From: Phoronis australis
Lineage: Eukaryota > Animalia > Phoronida
Direction: 5' to 3'
NCBI GenBank assembly: GCA_002633005.1
Contig: NMRA01000027.1
Coordinates: 347,265 to 411,264, forward strand
DNA: 64,000 bases
The translations under genes were made by a program, and so were the position numbers. This document shows, in pieces, positions 35,614-51,489 of the stretch (its first letter is position 1; each line of letters starts with the position of its first letter). Under the pieces are notes generated by a model that saw only the letters and a list, made by a program, of their open reading frames with translations, had not been told where the DNA came from and ran no database searches.

Positions 35614-38600
35614 TATGACAGTTACAACCTTTAAACTAGTTTTACAAGTTCATAAGCGCTTTGGTGTGAATAGTACGTAGCAGCTAGGAATATTTGTGTG
35701 GGTGTGCAGTGTTATGCTCCCTTTGAATATTGCAACGTTTCCCATCCCTATTCTTATCAAATTCGTCTCTCATGTGCCACACATTTGTGGGTGTATAACG
35801 CTTTCCTCGACTGGTGTTAAGGCATGAGTAAGTAGCCCGATATATTTTTAACCCTAATGATTTTTTTCGTTTAATCCAAGTTTGTGAGCACCGAAAGACA
35901 TTGGTGTAATTAATTTCATTTAGATTCAGTTGAACAAAAGTACGTGTAGACGCACGTGCACACATTTACTCAAACATAGGCTTACACGAACACGCATTCC
36001 CATTCATTCGTCTAACACTATCATTTTCACACAAGAGTTATTTAGTATTGTGACGACAAAAGCCGTGTTTTGTGTGTCACGAAATCAGTTTCGTTTTTGA
36101 CAAGCAAACAAAGATTTCGTTATCATCTTTCGTTTTCGTTACGTGACTGCAGGACAGTGAGTGAAAAAAGTCTGCGCTCACGCGCCACACGTTGCCACCA
36201 AATGACTGGCCTCTGACAGTCTACTCACTCGTGACCGATTCCCACCTCCCTCTGGTCGCCAAAGTAGTTCGCCTATCGCCGTAGAAGATGCAAAATTCTT
36301 TCCCCCTCCAAGGTCACCGAGTTTTGTTTACATACATTCTATCCATGCCAAATCTACAAATTTACCTACAAATCCCTCGGAAGTGTTTGCTTAATTGTTA
36401 ATTGATCTCATCAAATGAAAAGATTGACAGAGTGACACAAACCCAACCCCGTATTCATACATAGCTTGAAATTATTTTTGACTGGATTAGTTAAAACCGG
36501 TTTATACAGCACTCAATGACACACCGTTGCACACGCGTTCAGCGTCTTCACATGCACAGGCAAACCAACACAATTCAAACTGGACGAAGAAATGATAAGG
36601 GTGCCTCATCGGTTTTACAACCTCAGCAGTCGGAGAGCATGCGCTAAACGCCTGCTGCACGTCACCACCATTGCCATTATCTCTGAATGCGACGTGCTCC
36701 GTACGTCCAAGGTCAATGGTTTCGATGATATTCATCTGGAAGATAATAAAATTAAGATTAAAACAATGTTAAAATAACTTTGTGGTACCAAGGTTTCTTA
36801 CAAAAGACCGTAATGGCTTCTCCGATGACCACATGGCATTGAAGTCTGAACTTGTTTTTGGCGGCCGCGGTAATCCGATATTTCGTAAAAGTACAAATAG
36901 GGTTTCTGGTTGTCGACAACAGAGGTGACAGCGAAATGTGAGAGCGTGAGTGTTCCATTGCCTTCTAACAAATGCATTACATTGGTATTGCTTTGAAAAC
37001 TGTCAGTCTAAATCTTGTCATTGCTCCAGGGGACACGTTGATTGATGCCTTCATTCTCCGTCATTTAAACGCGTTCACGTGAGCAATGAACAAATTATCA
37101 TCTCGATATCGTTTGCCTTCAGGAACCTCGTCTGCTGTTGTTTTCGGTCATTTGTTGGAACAAACGCGTTGAATACAAATTTCATAATAAGGCGACTTGA
37201 GTGAGCTACTGCAATTCTTCGATGGAATCGGTGAAATTCCAGTCCTTATACGCTTTAAATGCGGTGAAATATAGGGTGCGGGAGTGACTGAACAGCCCGT
37301 GTTATATTTGACACTGGAACTGGTCGGGGAGGATGTTATACACTTCGTATTTCACCAGTTATCGTGTTTCTCTGCATTGTTGTCTGAACTCAAAACATAT
37401 TTAGCACTCGATCTTAATCCCACCAAATATCGGCCTTGTTTTTTGCCGTTGAACCTTTCCCTAGCTCCATGTCGATTGTAAGACACTTCACGAGCGTTCT
37501 GTTCCTCTGTATAATGCTCAAAATGAAGTGACGTTTTATGCGACAACGAGCTTATGCAGAAAAAGACATCCTTTGGTTTATTGAACAGGATGATGAAAAT
37601 ATCTGAAAGTCAAACATATTAACTTAGTTTTTGATAAATCAGCGATACAGTAAAGTGCTCTTTAGTTACCGTCATTGCTTGTCATGAGTTGCGTTTTACC
37701 CATGAACCCTTCATGAGCCACCAGGCTCATTGGTCACGTGGCTCAATGGATGGCAGAGTGATAAACGTAAAAATTCTATTGGCTTTCTACTATAGGGAAA
37801 TTTATACTTTTTTAACTTTCAATCTTTAGTTTTGTTTTTGTTTTGTTTTATTTGGCTAATTACACAGGCTTGTCGATAAGATCCTACATAACCATAAATA
37901 CATTTTCAGTGCCGGCCTTTGGCGAGTTACATATCCTTGTTTAGACGTAAACTTGCGGTTACTTCCTGTCTTTCTTATACTCTAAGTGCCAGATCAAGTC
38001 TGCATGCGAATAATTCTCTGACAGACTAACAGTATTTCGACTGTCATTGCTTGCAATACACTACGGCGGTTTACGCTTCGTCTAGTGATTCTAGTAAAGG
38101 TCATTATTCTGTAATCGGATGAGACCTTACAAAAAGAGATTCGCATTCGTGTTCCCGTTTCCATGGAGATTGCTGTAAGTGGGTAAATCGCATTGGAACA
38201 GATGACAAAGTTTTGCAGTCTAATGTGAATCACCACGGTCATAGATGTATTTTTAGAAGACAGCTTAGCAGCCGGACTATATATAAAATATATGCATAAT
38301 ATGTTTTCAGCAGTGTTTTCATTATTATGCATTTTCCTAAAATTCACTTTAAAACTACAATCAGAGGTAATATCATACAATCAGAGGTAATATCAAACTA
38401 TGTAAGTCGTCTCACTTCTTCCTTAAGTTATATTATCGAAATCACATTTTCCATTGACTTTGAACCGTTTGTTCCACGTGTAATAAATAAAAGTATGGCC
38501 TTCCCTAGACGAGATACTCGCGAAAGCGCAATATCACGTAAGTCTTCGTGAGATATCGCCATGGATTACAGGCCAAGCAAGTAATCACAACAACTAAGTT

Positions 38601-41600
38601 CGCGAGTGTCTTGCGTCTTGCACTAGCTATTAAATGTACACGTCACGAACTTTTTAATGCGAAGATAGAAACTGAGTTTTATCTTCAAACAAAGCTAAGA
38701 CATCAGGAAGTAAAAAATAGTTTCGAAATTATCACTTTTGGAATGGTTGGCCGGCCCACTGCCCTGTACACTCGTGCATTGGCAAGAACAGTTTTGGAGT
38801 CCGCTTTGGTAGAGTTAAGTTGTTTATTTATAAGTAAATTACTCAGTTAAATTAGGTGAGGAAGAAACGTAGCTACCTGTAGGCAAGTAAGACCCACGAG
38901 ATTTCTAAATGAAAACTGTCATGACGCACTTTCATGAACATATTCTGTAATCGTGTGAAAATTATAATGTAGCCAACGTTGTATCCCTGACATTATAGTA
39001 CTATAGATCATTATGTTAGAGATGCGACTATGAAAGACAACTTTGATCCGTAGTGGTGTAGACTTGCGCTTCCAATAATAACAGTGGCGACACTTTTAAT
39101 GCTCCTGTTTAAGTTTAGAATAGAACAAAATGCTTTCAGGCATGGGAAAACTGAAATATGTCTACCGAACTTGTGATTAACTGAAGACCTGCTATGTTAA
39201 GTCTTCATGACGAGAATCCAGCGCTGGAAATCAAAATCGATATTTTTGTTAACTGGCTAATAACGATATTGTACCGCTGTAGTTTCTTGAATCACGTACT
39301 CGACTTGTCGATATGAAAGCGAAAAAGCACCATAAAATTTCAAAAGAGCGCATATCTTCAGCAGACAACCCAGCACGAAGTCTTGTACTAATCCCGATGA
39401 TAGTAATTTTTAAATTGCAATCATGCACGAGTTAAAACTCGTGCCTGACTTACCGTCCACCTACCTTTTAGTAAAGTCTACATGTTTACGAAGAACATTA
39501 ATGTAATGGAATTATTCATATGAAGTTTGTTTTTCATATTCTTCCGTGTTCTTACAGTGTTACTCACGCGAGTGACTCCATTGTGACGTCACATCCTAAG
39601 TTAGACAGACGGTATGACTGAAACATCCAGGATAATGCATCTCCACGCTAGTAACAACTGACGACCTTTCCCTTCGACCGGTCAAATACTTTTTAGATGG
39701 TTTTCCGAAGGATAACTCCGCCTTATTGTCATGGTCACCAATCAAAATAGATGACTGGGCAAGTGAAATGTCAATCAAATTTTCATCCAGTTTCGCATCA
39801 ATTAGTCCTTGCTTCTTTACCGACAGGCGAATACACTATGCCATACTACATGAAAAGCGACGTTCTTTTATTCAGCTGATCGAATATTGTTATATCGAGA
39901 AAAAGCTGTGGCACTTTAGATTTGTTCCAGTCGAGCAAAGTGACGGAACAGCCGATCGTGCTTTGGATCACTTGGACGTTTTGTGGATTCAGTTTGGGGT
40001 GCAGATGCTCCCCTATCTTGAACGCTGTTACTTACGACAAATCTCTAAAATTCCTCAGTTAAACCCACCATGTCTTGATTGATTGACAAATAATGACCGT
40101 CAAGAGAACAATGTGCGTTTTATTGTCGTTGAATATTGATGAGAAAACTTGTCACTCGCTGAGGACTAGAAATCAGTGCTTGACAGAGGGTTGGCTAAGA
40201 CTCCGTGTATCGATATGAACATGTGCATGGCCTCACCTTCGACACGCGGGGGTGTTAACAGGATTTACTACACAAAGTTCACAACCACTGTACAGATGAC
40301 CTCGACTTCAGTTTTCTCTAATCTTGCACGTTAGCAATGGACATCTGATTTAAGTTGAGATAACTGTCAGCTATTGGTTGTGAAATAAATGGCGACAGCC
40401 AAACACTAGTCATACGACATATTTGTCAACCTTTCAAAACGATGTAAGAGCTTCACTTTATCCGTTCAAACCTCAACGTTTTTTAAAAATCGTCACGCAT
40501 GGCTGACTCCAATTGGGTTGGGCAAAACTATCCGACTTCCCTTCATATAGTAGACTTACATTTGCATTCACAGATTCTACTTCTGTGTATTTAGTATACA
40601 CACCCTCATTGTCAGACAACGGAAATGTAGGCAGATGTTGCTGCAGATTAAATTGTGTTAGGCTATAGTCAATTTAGTAGACAGGTCACACGAGCACGTG
40701 AAAGCAGATGAAATTGGTCGCTTGTATGTATAGTTTATACTTACACGAAGTCGGTGATATACTATCGCAGAGGGGAACTCCAAAAATAAGCAAAACTATT
40801 AAAACACGTGCATAACACTATTTCACCAAACAATGAACCCCCATTGTACTAAACTACGTCCCCTGGTCTCGACCATCAGATGTCATTATCGAGCACTTAT
40901 GCAAATAAACTAATGAATAAAGATGATGAATGAAACATCTGTCTTTATTTCATAAACTTATCAATGCGCTTCTGCTCACCCGGAGGCTGTGTAATGATTC
41001 ACCATATAATACGATCATTCAACATGAGACTTCAATCTACAGAAATGCTACGGAGACCAGGAGAAAGACTCAAAGGCTTTCGAGAAATCAATAAATGCCT
41101 GTGTTGTCTGTGGCAAATGTCTAAGCAATTGCATTTTGATCTTTAAAAATATCAACGCAGTCAATACATTACATTAATGCTAAAATATTAATACAGGCAC
41201 TAGAAATACATCTGTGGTAAAGAACATCTTTTTCACTGAAAACAAAACCAGTAGGTTTGACGGAAGGTATAGAGCACGTGGACTAATAAATGCAGTGCTG
41301 ATGAAGCAATGATCAAACACAATGACAAACGATGAAACTGCTGCGACATTTGTTAAGACAGCAAAATCGCAAGTTGATTTAACGTTTACGACGTCTAACT
41401 TTCAAATGTTTCTCAAACGACTGTTTTACTGGATTCATGATAATTTTTGACTAGTAGACTACAATATGATTTAAACTTACTTGAAATTAACTCATTCTTC
41501 CCTTTCTTTGTGATTGCTGTACGTTCCATATGTTACGCTCTGCATCATCACACTGAAGCTTTCCAACTCACCAAGTACCTGAAAATAAGATACCGGCGGA

Positions 41601-44600
41601 TTTATCTAACCACCTGCCTGGGTTCGGGGGGGAGCATGCCGGTATTGATATACCGTAAGTCACCAATACTCGCCCAGTTATGTTATCGCGCAGCTATGAT
41701 TTGATACCGGCTGGGTTTCTCTCGTTGGGTGGTATTGGCCAAGGACTCGCAGTTAACTAGTTATGTGCCTTTTCTTCAATTCTCGTCTCTGGTAATGGGT
41801 AATTTGCAGTAAATCAGCTCGGATAGATATTTTGGGTTGATGGGTTAACGGTTTCGGGCAAGAAAATCCTGTTGTGTTCTTTTGGTGTAAGAAGTGGTGC
41901 AAAGTGTTGGCGACCTCATGTGAGACATTTAGTCCGCGTGCGGAATGTGACCGCTAGGAGTAAGTATCACTATGTCATGGGTACACGTTTTGTTCTGGTT
42001 TTCCTGTCATTAGAATGGTTTGGAGTTTGGATGGGCTGTTTCTGCCAAACATTTTTATCCCGCCGGGAATGACAGTCTATCAGTGGCGAGAAAAAACTTC
42101 CGTAGCGATTGTCGTGGTCGCCTTTATTTGCACTACCAGTAAGTGCGTAAGAAGAAAGTTTCTAGGCGTCTCATTTGGCCGACTTATATTTTGCTAACGT
42201 CGTATAGTGGTAACTTGTGAGTGTGTTTGCATACTTGTGCATAGTTAACCTCTCCGTCCGTTTCAGAGTATTATTGATAACAACGCCCTCTGGTGGTGTT
42301 AGACATTCATTGTATCTTCGCACATGACCCTATGGTTACATTGCCGAGTGGATACAAAGATTTAAACCTTAGTTTGTACATTGCGCCATCATTCGCCTGC
42401 TATTTTTAGAGTTTCGGTTAACGTACACCAGTTCAGTAGGTTCATCTTTGTTGATTGGACTCGAACTTTTCAAGTTTATCATTTAACACAATGGACTTCC
42501 TTATCCCGACTACATTAACGACCACTAATTTGTTTGTTATAAGCTCTCCATCATTTGAGGTTAATCATTGGTTTGTAGTATTGAAACTTGTTTTATTTTC
42601 TATATGAGAATGAGTATGGGCGGCAGGCTTAATAAACCCTGTCAGTTTTTGAATTGTTTACTGAGTGGGAGTCGCCGTTCGAGGTAGTCACGCGTAAATA
42701 ACTAGCGCTCATTCATGTTCACTACAGGCGGCTGGCGAGCTGGTTATAAGATTACTATCTATTTCGTACAATTCACGCATTTTGTTCTTTGCACCCTCAG
42801 TTAGGATACGCTCGCTTGGGTTTTCACTTTTCAAAAAGTTGTGCTACCTTTCCTTGTGTTTTGTAATATTATACACCCTTATCTGTGACCTGTCAAAAGG
42901 TATACAGCGCCGTAGCCGCCACGCCGTGGGAGTGGTTGATGTGGCGTCACCTCAGCTACCAAACAAACGTGCGTTACCAGGACAGAACAATGCAGATAAA
43001 TTCCTCAACAAGCAATCCAACGGTCCGTCCGTTCGAGCTGCAACTCATAGATACACCAGCCGTTTACCAAAGTTGACTTTTGATTCATAGACCCCTGTCA
43101 CGTTTAGGTCGTCCACTGGTCCCAATAAGTTAGGAGGACGATGCACCGCACCAAAATAATATCTAGCCCTGTGAAAATGGATCGGCCCACGTGAATATAA
43201 TGCTACGTTGTGATAAAATTGCCGAGGGTGACAGCGCATTGTAAAGTTGATCGTCGTTTAATCCTCACAACAGTGTACAACCCATCGTTGTCATAGTTAC
43301 CGCCTCACTGGCATTTGGGTAGCTTTATCTATTAATACGTGGTATTATTAGCGCTTTAATACAATTAAACAATTGAAGTCGTTTTGAAATTGACAATTCA
43401 CATAGACTTACTTACATTGATTCTAATTGATAATAACTAATGGTATCTACAACACAAAACCTTTGAACGAACAATGCACAGTATTTAGATAAAGATCCCA
43501 ATAAATCCGACGAACATTCTTAAACGTTTTTATCTGATAATAAACGTATGAAAGCATCAGCTTGAGATATTTCAATTTATGAACAATTGGCCGCTGCAGA
43601 TAAGACATAATCGCTTTTATCCACTTCTGCCACCGCTCTCATCCTATTGTTTAGACATTAAAAGTAATATTGCATGCATTATTGCCTTGGGACACCCTGT
43701 TTCACGGCTGTGGCGAGTGTAAAAGAGTTTTAGTTTAATTTTGCCATCCTCACAAAAATCTAGTCATTAAGTATGGCGTGTTAATACTTCTTGTTTTTAC
43801 GATTCGGCATGGAGCTCATAGGTGTTGTTTTGATCTCTCAGTTAATTAGACTCATTATATATTACTTTGAAGTTCACTGACCCGCCGAAGCGGCGCACAA
43901 TAGTTTGTCTATAGTGAGTAAAACGACAAGACAATGCATACTCGTGGTATTCCCGTGAGGTGCTGTGTTTAAAAGATAAAATGACTGGAATTCCTAACGT
44001 CTCACAGATAAACCTAGTCTGTTGCTAGGTGGGACATGATTTAGAAACATCCAACCAATCATTGAAACGTGTTGCGTTCCGTAGACGCAACACGCTCGTA
44101 AAAGCGCGAGATCACGCAAGTCTTCGAGTGTACGTGAAGCACGCGATCACACTAGTTTTTCTCGTGAGTTGGAACGCAGCTTTGATCTCCATGGGTTTTC
44201 TATAAAAATGTTCCCTCTGTTCTAGGAAAAATACCGCTTTGTTATGACCACTGAGTCAGAAATATTTGTTAACGAAATTTTCAGGTTTTTCGAACGATAT
44301 TAGTTTATAAATTAAAAGTTTATGTATATTCAGGGCATGGTCAGTTGTACCAAAGTTTTAAGGTGCCATCGGATAAAGCCGTATTTGGTAATGCTCATCA
44401 ACGTCCTGAAATGAAATAGCAGAGAACACGCTCCCTTTGAAAAGATCGTTCACATTATGTATTTTTTGTTATTTGGTATTCTAAAAGTGGACATTATATG
44501 CCGACGCGTTAAGTGTTATGTAAAGCTCATATCGATGCCCCTATATACTGTCCTCATAATCCAAATAAAGTATTCGAATACATTGTATCTTTTATGGTAA

Positions 44601-47600
44601 TTCAGTAATTTGATAAGTTCAGCTGTCTGTTTTAAAATACCATAGGGCCTACACGCTGTTACTCAACGAGGAATTCCATTGTTTCTAATCAACTAGATTA
44701 CCAGTGTTTCAACAATGTACTGATATTCTAATTAAAAATATTTGAGTTTAAATTTCTGTCCTCGGTGTGAATGGCTTTAATATCAAAATGTCTTTATAGT
44801 CGGTGGAGGTAGAATTTCCCGTTTTACGGCCGATTGCTGTATTGAATGATTGTGTTTAGTGGAATAAATGACCAAAACGAGCACACACGTCGAGCACTAC
44901 TACCCTGACCTCTGGTGGAAGTATTAGTATTCCTCATAAGCCTTGATTTTTGCCGAACGTGACTTCAATATTTTTTCAAATCACACTCTTCAAATGTTAA
45001 CTTTGTTCATTGTAAATATTGCTCTCAATATAAATTTGATTTTTATGCTCGCTTTTTCAAGATAGGCATTTGTTGAGGGGGTGCCACTGATTTTGCTTGG
45101 GGCGTTAGTCTAGCAGCGTGAGTAGCAGGTCAGCCTTCCCACTGTGGGCGACATAAGCGCTAACTGGTTGGGGCCCAAAAAGGTTTGGATAGATTGGCCA
45201 TACTCTGTTTTCACAAAGTAAGTGCAAACTGACTAAAAGCTTACGTGCTGCCATCTCAACTCTCCTCACATCATCATAGTCTGCTCGTCAAATGTTGTGC
45301 TCTTACCACATTGGCAGACTGGCCGAAAATTGGGTATGACGGGAATGGTCTATTTTTCAGTTTTACAAAACATCACTCAATGAAAAGTTTGACTCCTTTA
45401 TTGCTCGATTATAGTCCTAGCTCGAGTACAATGTTACATAGGTTCGTGCCAACCACAAGATACAATCATTCATACGCACTTGGCTGTGTAAATCGTGTTC
45501 TCCTCGATCTTTTCTGCATTAGGATAACATCTAACACAAATAGTTGGTAATATTTATGAAGCTAGCCTTTCGTTCAATTTATATGTGTGGCATTTATCTA
45601 TGAATCTGCACTGACAGTAGCAGCATAAAGTACGACGGGGAATTGGCCAGTGACGTGGAATGGTGTCAGAAGATACACAGACACTCAGAACAATGATGGC
45701 TACAAGTAATTCCATATATGAACTAATAGAGGGTTTTCTTCCGGATACTGTTCTACGGCAAACTCTGTGGCAAATAACATTTTTCGTTTAAAAAACTGCA
45801 CAGCAAAAGATGATGAATTGTAAAAGCGACGTCATTCTGGTTTTGAAAAGTATTTGACACTCCAGTGGTCGTCTGCGTAAAACAGCTTGAGTAGGGACTC
45901 AACTATGGTCCTTAAATTTTCAGAACATTTGCAGACTTTGTTAACTCTCTGATGTATTATTTTCCTATCACGTTGCCTTTGATGTGAGCTCCTCTTTTAA
46001 TTGTGACTTTTTTCCAATGGTATACCCGAAAGAGTGGCTAAGCCGTTAGGGGCGTTAAATGAAAAGGTCCCTGCTGATTTTCATTGTTGTTAAGACTTTA
46101 ACGTAGAGTTCACTCACAGTATGTATCAAATCTAAACATTTCGGTAACAGAGAGATTCGGGGTTGCACAAAGTCCGCAAATGCGCTAAAAATTAGAGAAC
46201 ATTGTTAAGTCCATATTGGGACTGTTTCGTGCAACCATAAACTATAAACTTAACGAGTATCTGTGATGTAACAGGCCGCAGTAATGCAAGCACTTTAAAT
46301 TAAATTCAAATACTGTACCAAACGTCCAAAGATGGACATTTTCCTTTAACAAGAAACTAGAATCCCTGTCATATTTATACTTTTTTACTTTCTTTATAAA
46401 CACAGTCTTATGTGAAAATAGAAAACATCGTTTTGTGTTCGTTTAGTTTAGTCATACTGTGTTCATGCCTTATGTACTGCAACCTACACCAACGTGACAA
46501 AAGCCTCCGTCTATTTTAGAAAGCACTTACCATTCAGAAAGTCAGGTCATGTCTTTGCGATTTTTTTGATCCACTGAAAGCGGTGAGAGACCGTCGCATC
46601 CTCTTGCCAATTAAGCGACATCGACATCATTATATTAACGCATGAGGAAACTGTGTTTGCCAGATAATCGTTATCATAACCAGTCTATTTTGTTTCATCC
46701 GGTTTCCACGATTATCGTGTCACGACATTCCGCTACAGTCCATACCATTGTAGTTCAATTTTTCTTGCTGTGGTCCAATGATAGCATTAATGACCATGTG
46801 CATTTATAGTCTAGGAATCACGTGACAAAATCGATCGTTCCTATTAGTCACTACTAAGAGTCAACAAATCCTCAGGGGCAATTGTTTGAGTGATGCTTTT
46901 AGCCCCAAATGACAATAATATATGCTACTGCTTTACTTCTCCAACAGACAGATATTATATTGAAAATCTGCGGCTACTCAGTTTTCAGCGATACCGGTCA
47001 CTAGCTAAATGAGGAAAGTAGGCGGTCCTCGCCTATGTTTGATATTTTTATAACACAACAGTTGACTTGAGTTTTCACTGGGACTTGAGAATACAAAAAC
47101 CTTTTTCCGCTACGGGTTATTCTTGTGCAAAAACTTCAAGAGGCAGGATATCACACGTCTATCTGACGTTCTACGTTGATTCTACTTGGCCACGGTCTCG
47201 AAGCACAACCCTCTTCCGTGTTTCATCAGTCCAGGCAGGACAATTACTACTCTAAACACACAACACTTTTGCTTCGACAGCTTTTCGCTACAGAAAAAAG
47301 TTCTCAAATTGTATGGTGTTTAAAAACAACGTTGCGCTGTCCCAGACTAGGATCACAGTATTGCTGTATATGCTGTCAAGATCGGGGAAAGACGCGAGTC
47401 GAACGCTAATTGTCTTCGCTACCTCCACGACGTCATCAGTCTGAAAACGAACACGCGTAGGATCTACAGTAGAACTACAGAAAAAATGCTTCATATTGAC
47501 TGTTTGCAGCTCAATGCGCTTTCCGCAGTCAAAGTTATTAAAAAGCTCAAAAATATGAATGCGGCAACATGAATCGTAGACATTTTGTATTACGCTCTGA

Positions 47601-49434
47601 CTTATCATTTTGTATTGGCCTCCCAATTTTGTTACTCATTTATCGTAAACTGTCAACAAACATGATCAACTTGCAAGCATGAAACCCAAAGCCGAGTTTT
47701 GACTCATGTTGTATAATCGTAATATTTTCACAAGGATTTCCTATTTAGTTAATTATAATCTTTAGGTAAAATTGCAATCGATTTTAATGTCGCCTCTTCA
47801 TCCGAAGCCGGACAAGTGGTCTTTTGCTATGGCATGCAAAGGAAGTTTACAGAGCACAAATTTGAGGAATTCACCAACAGAAAATTTCTTCCAGGAGGCA
47901 AAACATGCGGGTAAAAATGTGATGTTGAGCGATGTCGGTGAGAAGTCGAGTGAAGTCTAGTATCGTACACATCCTATTGAATAGTGAACGTTTCGCCCTT
48001 CGCGGTCCCCCATCCATGTGATTTTCAGTTCGCGTTACGCCAAACAGTGCTAAGCCCTGCTTAAACACTGCGATTAGTATACGACTTTGTTTAGCACAAT
48101 CGGACGGTGAGAGCGGCCCAAAATGAGTCAAGCACGAGTTCTGAGTCGATCGCGAAAATCGGAGAAAAATTAATTTGGTATGCATTACTGCAGCAGTCTA
48201 CTGCTATTCAATTTAGCTCAAAAACGTTGAGTCGGAGCAACTTCTTTCTACGCACTCTGATTCGTCGGATATAAAAAGCGGATTTATACCACTTACCGTT
48301 ATGAGAGTTGTCTCAAATTGTTCTTTAGTCAAAACAAATGCGATTTCTGGGTTTGGACAGAACTGTCACTTCCGTTGCTTGAGGCCTTCCAAGTTGAGTT
48401 GTCACGGCGGGTCATTTTGTCCGCCGAGTACGCGTGGTCTCAGGCAATAACGGACTGTCAGCTCGTAACACAAAAATCACTTCTCATCTAGTGAAGTAAG
48501 GCACACGTTGAGGCAAATTCTTTCTTAACAGCAAGCGTTACTGAAATCAAAAGTTAGTTTCTTCGACGTCACGGTCACGGCGGCCTTTGCAGCTCTAAGC
48601 AATGTGATCGAGGTTTTGTTTCATACCATAGTTCGAACTTCTCAACAGTCTGAGTAAGGTTGAGGAGTAAAGGAAATATACTGAGAGCCATTTCCTCGTC
48701 AATAAGATACCATCTGGGTGTTAGGAAAGCATTTTGTCCGTAATGCCACTTAGTGGTTGCCATTCGATATCATGTAGCATGGACCACGTAATAGGGTGCC
48801 GTCCATTCACATTGTCCCTTCTAACGATTACCCTATGATATGCATGACAATGAGTGCCTAGGTCCCCGGTTTGAAAACTGTCATAATTAAGCTTAGCGGG
48901 AATTTAAAATTTTCTTTACTCTCCAAAGTGCACAATTGTACTATGACCCACTTTAACCGCTTGGGGGCCAGTGGTGCCCTGATTACGGATTCCGTTCATT
49001 AAAATTGTGCACGAGGCGAGTTTAAGTTGAGTTTTAATGGACTTCAAATTCTGACACAATGTTATGATAAAAACGTGTCCGACTGAGGAGGGCATTGCCG
49101 GCCTCTGTTTAGTCGCGGATGACCTGGCGTGTTTTGCAAAACTGTATCCGCGTTTGACGGTGGTACCAAACTTGTAGGTCTAGTCATGATGAGTCAGTGG
49201 TATAGCTCATTGGTCTAGTGAAATCCAGTCTGAGCGAGAACAGTTATATAATTTTGTTCTCAAACATTCCAAGTGTACCTGATCACAGTTTGTTGCTAGT
49301 AAAATGTTCTGTACTGACATATACCATAAAGACTTGATACCGAAATCATCAGTCCGAGTCTGTAGAGAGGTCTCGAGATGGTGTTTGAGTAGACAAAGGG
49401 GCAACTGATGTAGTGTATTCCAGCGAGATCAAAC

Positions 49435-49593
49435 CAGTGCTGTAGTGGGGCGTAGGCGCACGTACGCGTAGCCAACCACCTTTTGTCATTTGAAACTTGC
49501 GCCTACGCACCGTAACTTACGTTCAATGCTCAAGGTGATACGATGAGCAAGTTTGGGCGCCTACTTACCTCTAATTTTACCACTACAGCACTG
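49435..49593. mobile_element. hAT MITE, 159 bp
   Basis: Perfect 14-bp TIRs CAGTGCTGTAGTGG / CCACTACAGCACTG. Perfect 8-bp TSD GATCAAAC (49427-49434 and 49594-49601). Internal GTAGGCGC / GCGCCTAC repeats. Confidence 0.92.
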
Positions 49594-51489
49594 GATCAAA
49601 CGACCCCCAAGGTGGAGTGAAACCCTCCAGCGCTATCGTCATTATGGAATATTGCTCGAGTGTCTTTGGATACTCTCGCTTTTCAATTTGTGAAAATGTG
49701 TGTGCTCGAGCTCTGAGATATTTTAGGAGGTTACTCGGTTGTTGTCCCGAGGTTGCCTTTGCTGTTGTGTACGGCGACATCTGCTGGGAGACTGATGAAT
49801 ATACGCAGCATGAAAATGGGATTCGCTTGAGTATAATCGTTTGCTTTTCAATGAAGCCAACTATACGGTTGCCAAACGTGTTTCCCTATGGTAATATGGT
49901 TCGTGAGAGGTAAATTGATGTAGGCCTTAACCAGTGAAGACAATGTGTTGACATTTTAGTAGGACACTACCCAAAAAACCTCAACGGCAAGTCGATTTTA
50001 CGATTTACGGGGTTGTTGTCCTTCGAAAATATGGATNCCCCCTTACTACAACATTTTAGATCCGCCATTATTCTTCCAAAACTTGATAAGCAGATTATTT
50101 TGTAGGAATGTAATTAGCACCATAAACGAGTTACATCGCAGAGCTGTTGTACTGAATATTTTGTCGTTCTATATCTAGAGCTCAAAGGTCACTGAGCCAT
50201 GTTACGTTATTGGGGATAACCAAACTCTTGAGGTGAAGACGGGATGGTTTCTAGGAACTTCTGAAAGTGAAATTTGTGAAAAGTCTGTTCAAGAGGCCAA
50301 GTTGAGGATGACAATTAGTTTGTTTTCACGTGTCATTTTTTCTGAGTTTAAGGTCGCACTCAGTAGTTCACCGAAAGCTCTGATAATATTAAAGGGAAAA
50401 TTGCACATTTCATCGTCATTGAAACTTTGGAACAAAAAAATTGACTGTATTTTATAATTTGCCTTCTGTTGGTATTTTGTTGCTGAAATGTCCATTACGT
50501 GTGTGTTTCATTCAATGTTCTCTCTGGCTGTGCACCCAGGTCGCTATACCTGCATACTCTTATTCCATCCTCAGTGCTAGTGTGAGTTGAATTGTTATCC
50601 AGCGCACAGAAAAAACATGAATAGTGTATTTTTCAAAAATCCGATCATTGAAAAAGATTCATATTTTAGCTCAACTTAGTATTAGTTGGTGAAGTAACTG
50701 TGTATTAACAAGTTACTTTTAGCAAACCACACAACTCAAGATGAAAAACGTTTTCGATTAATTCAGAAATTTGTGCGGTTCCGTGATACACAAGATATAC
50801 AATTCATGCTTCAAAGACTAAATTCTGGATTTGTCATGCAAATGTGCCCCTGACATTCCATTTACATAAAATCCAAACCACTGTTAAGCACGACCAAAAG
50901 CGATGTTATTTGACCGGAATTCTCTCGAGCACGGAATCAATTGTCAGATATCTTCCTAACGCAATTTGTCAAATATTAATTCCCTGAAGAGGGCACTAAA
51001 CGCATTACACGAAATTCGCCAAGTGCCTTTGTCGGTGTGTTGAACACATCCAGTTAATTTCTGGTTTAGCAGGTCTAATAATGTTAGATCTCATGTATGA
51101 TGTATTTAAGCGTGATAGCATTCGGCACTTAACTCAACAATTGAGTTTATAATTCATGGCCTCACCCGTAATTGTAAAGATCAATAAAGATCTCTTCTCC
51201 CTCCCTCCCTTTCTGCCTCCTCGCCCTCTCTCACTCCCTCCCTAGCTCCCTCCACCCACGGCCAATTGCTTCCTCAAAGTTTGATTCAGGGCAATAACTT
51301 CAAGTTTTAGATTTCATATTATCGACTTAGACGAATGTGTCATCATTTTTCTGTGCATGACAAACCGCTTTCAGCTCACAAGAGCAAAACAGTGTCCTTG
51401 AAAAAACAAGCATGTAGGTGAAAACACCCGAGGCAGTTCAAGGAGGAATACTGTAGGCCGCTTCCATTTGTCACAACTAAGATGTCTGT

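Noticed and set aside
36500-37600. Coding-like minus-strand patches
   Set aside because: Short broken ORFs with no recognisable motif; at most an old transposon relic.
42880-43260. Possible integrase relic (TCQK ... PFTKV)
   Set aside because: The motifs are too short and wrongly spaced to support without a search.
50035-50070. TAGATCCGCCA end resembling the 600-1563 family (also CAGGCGCGTATCCAG at 51907)
   Set aside because: These are solo termini with no partner TIR or TSD.
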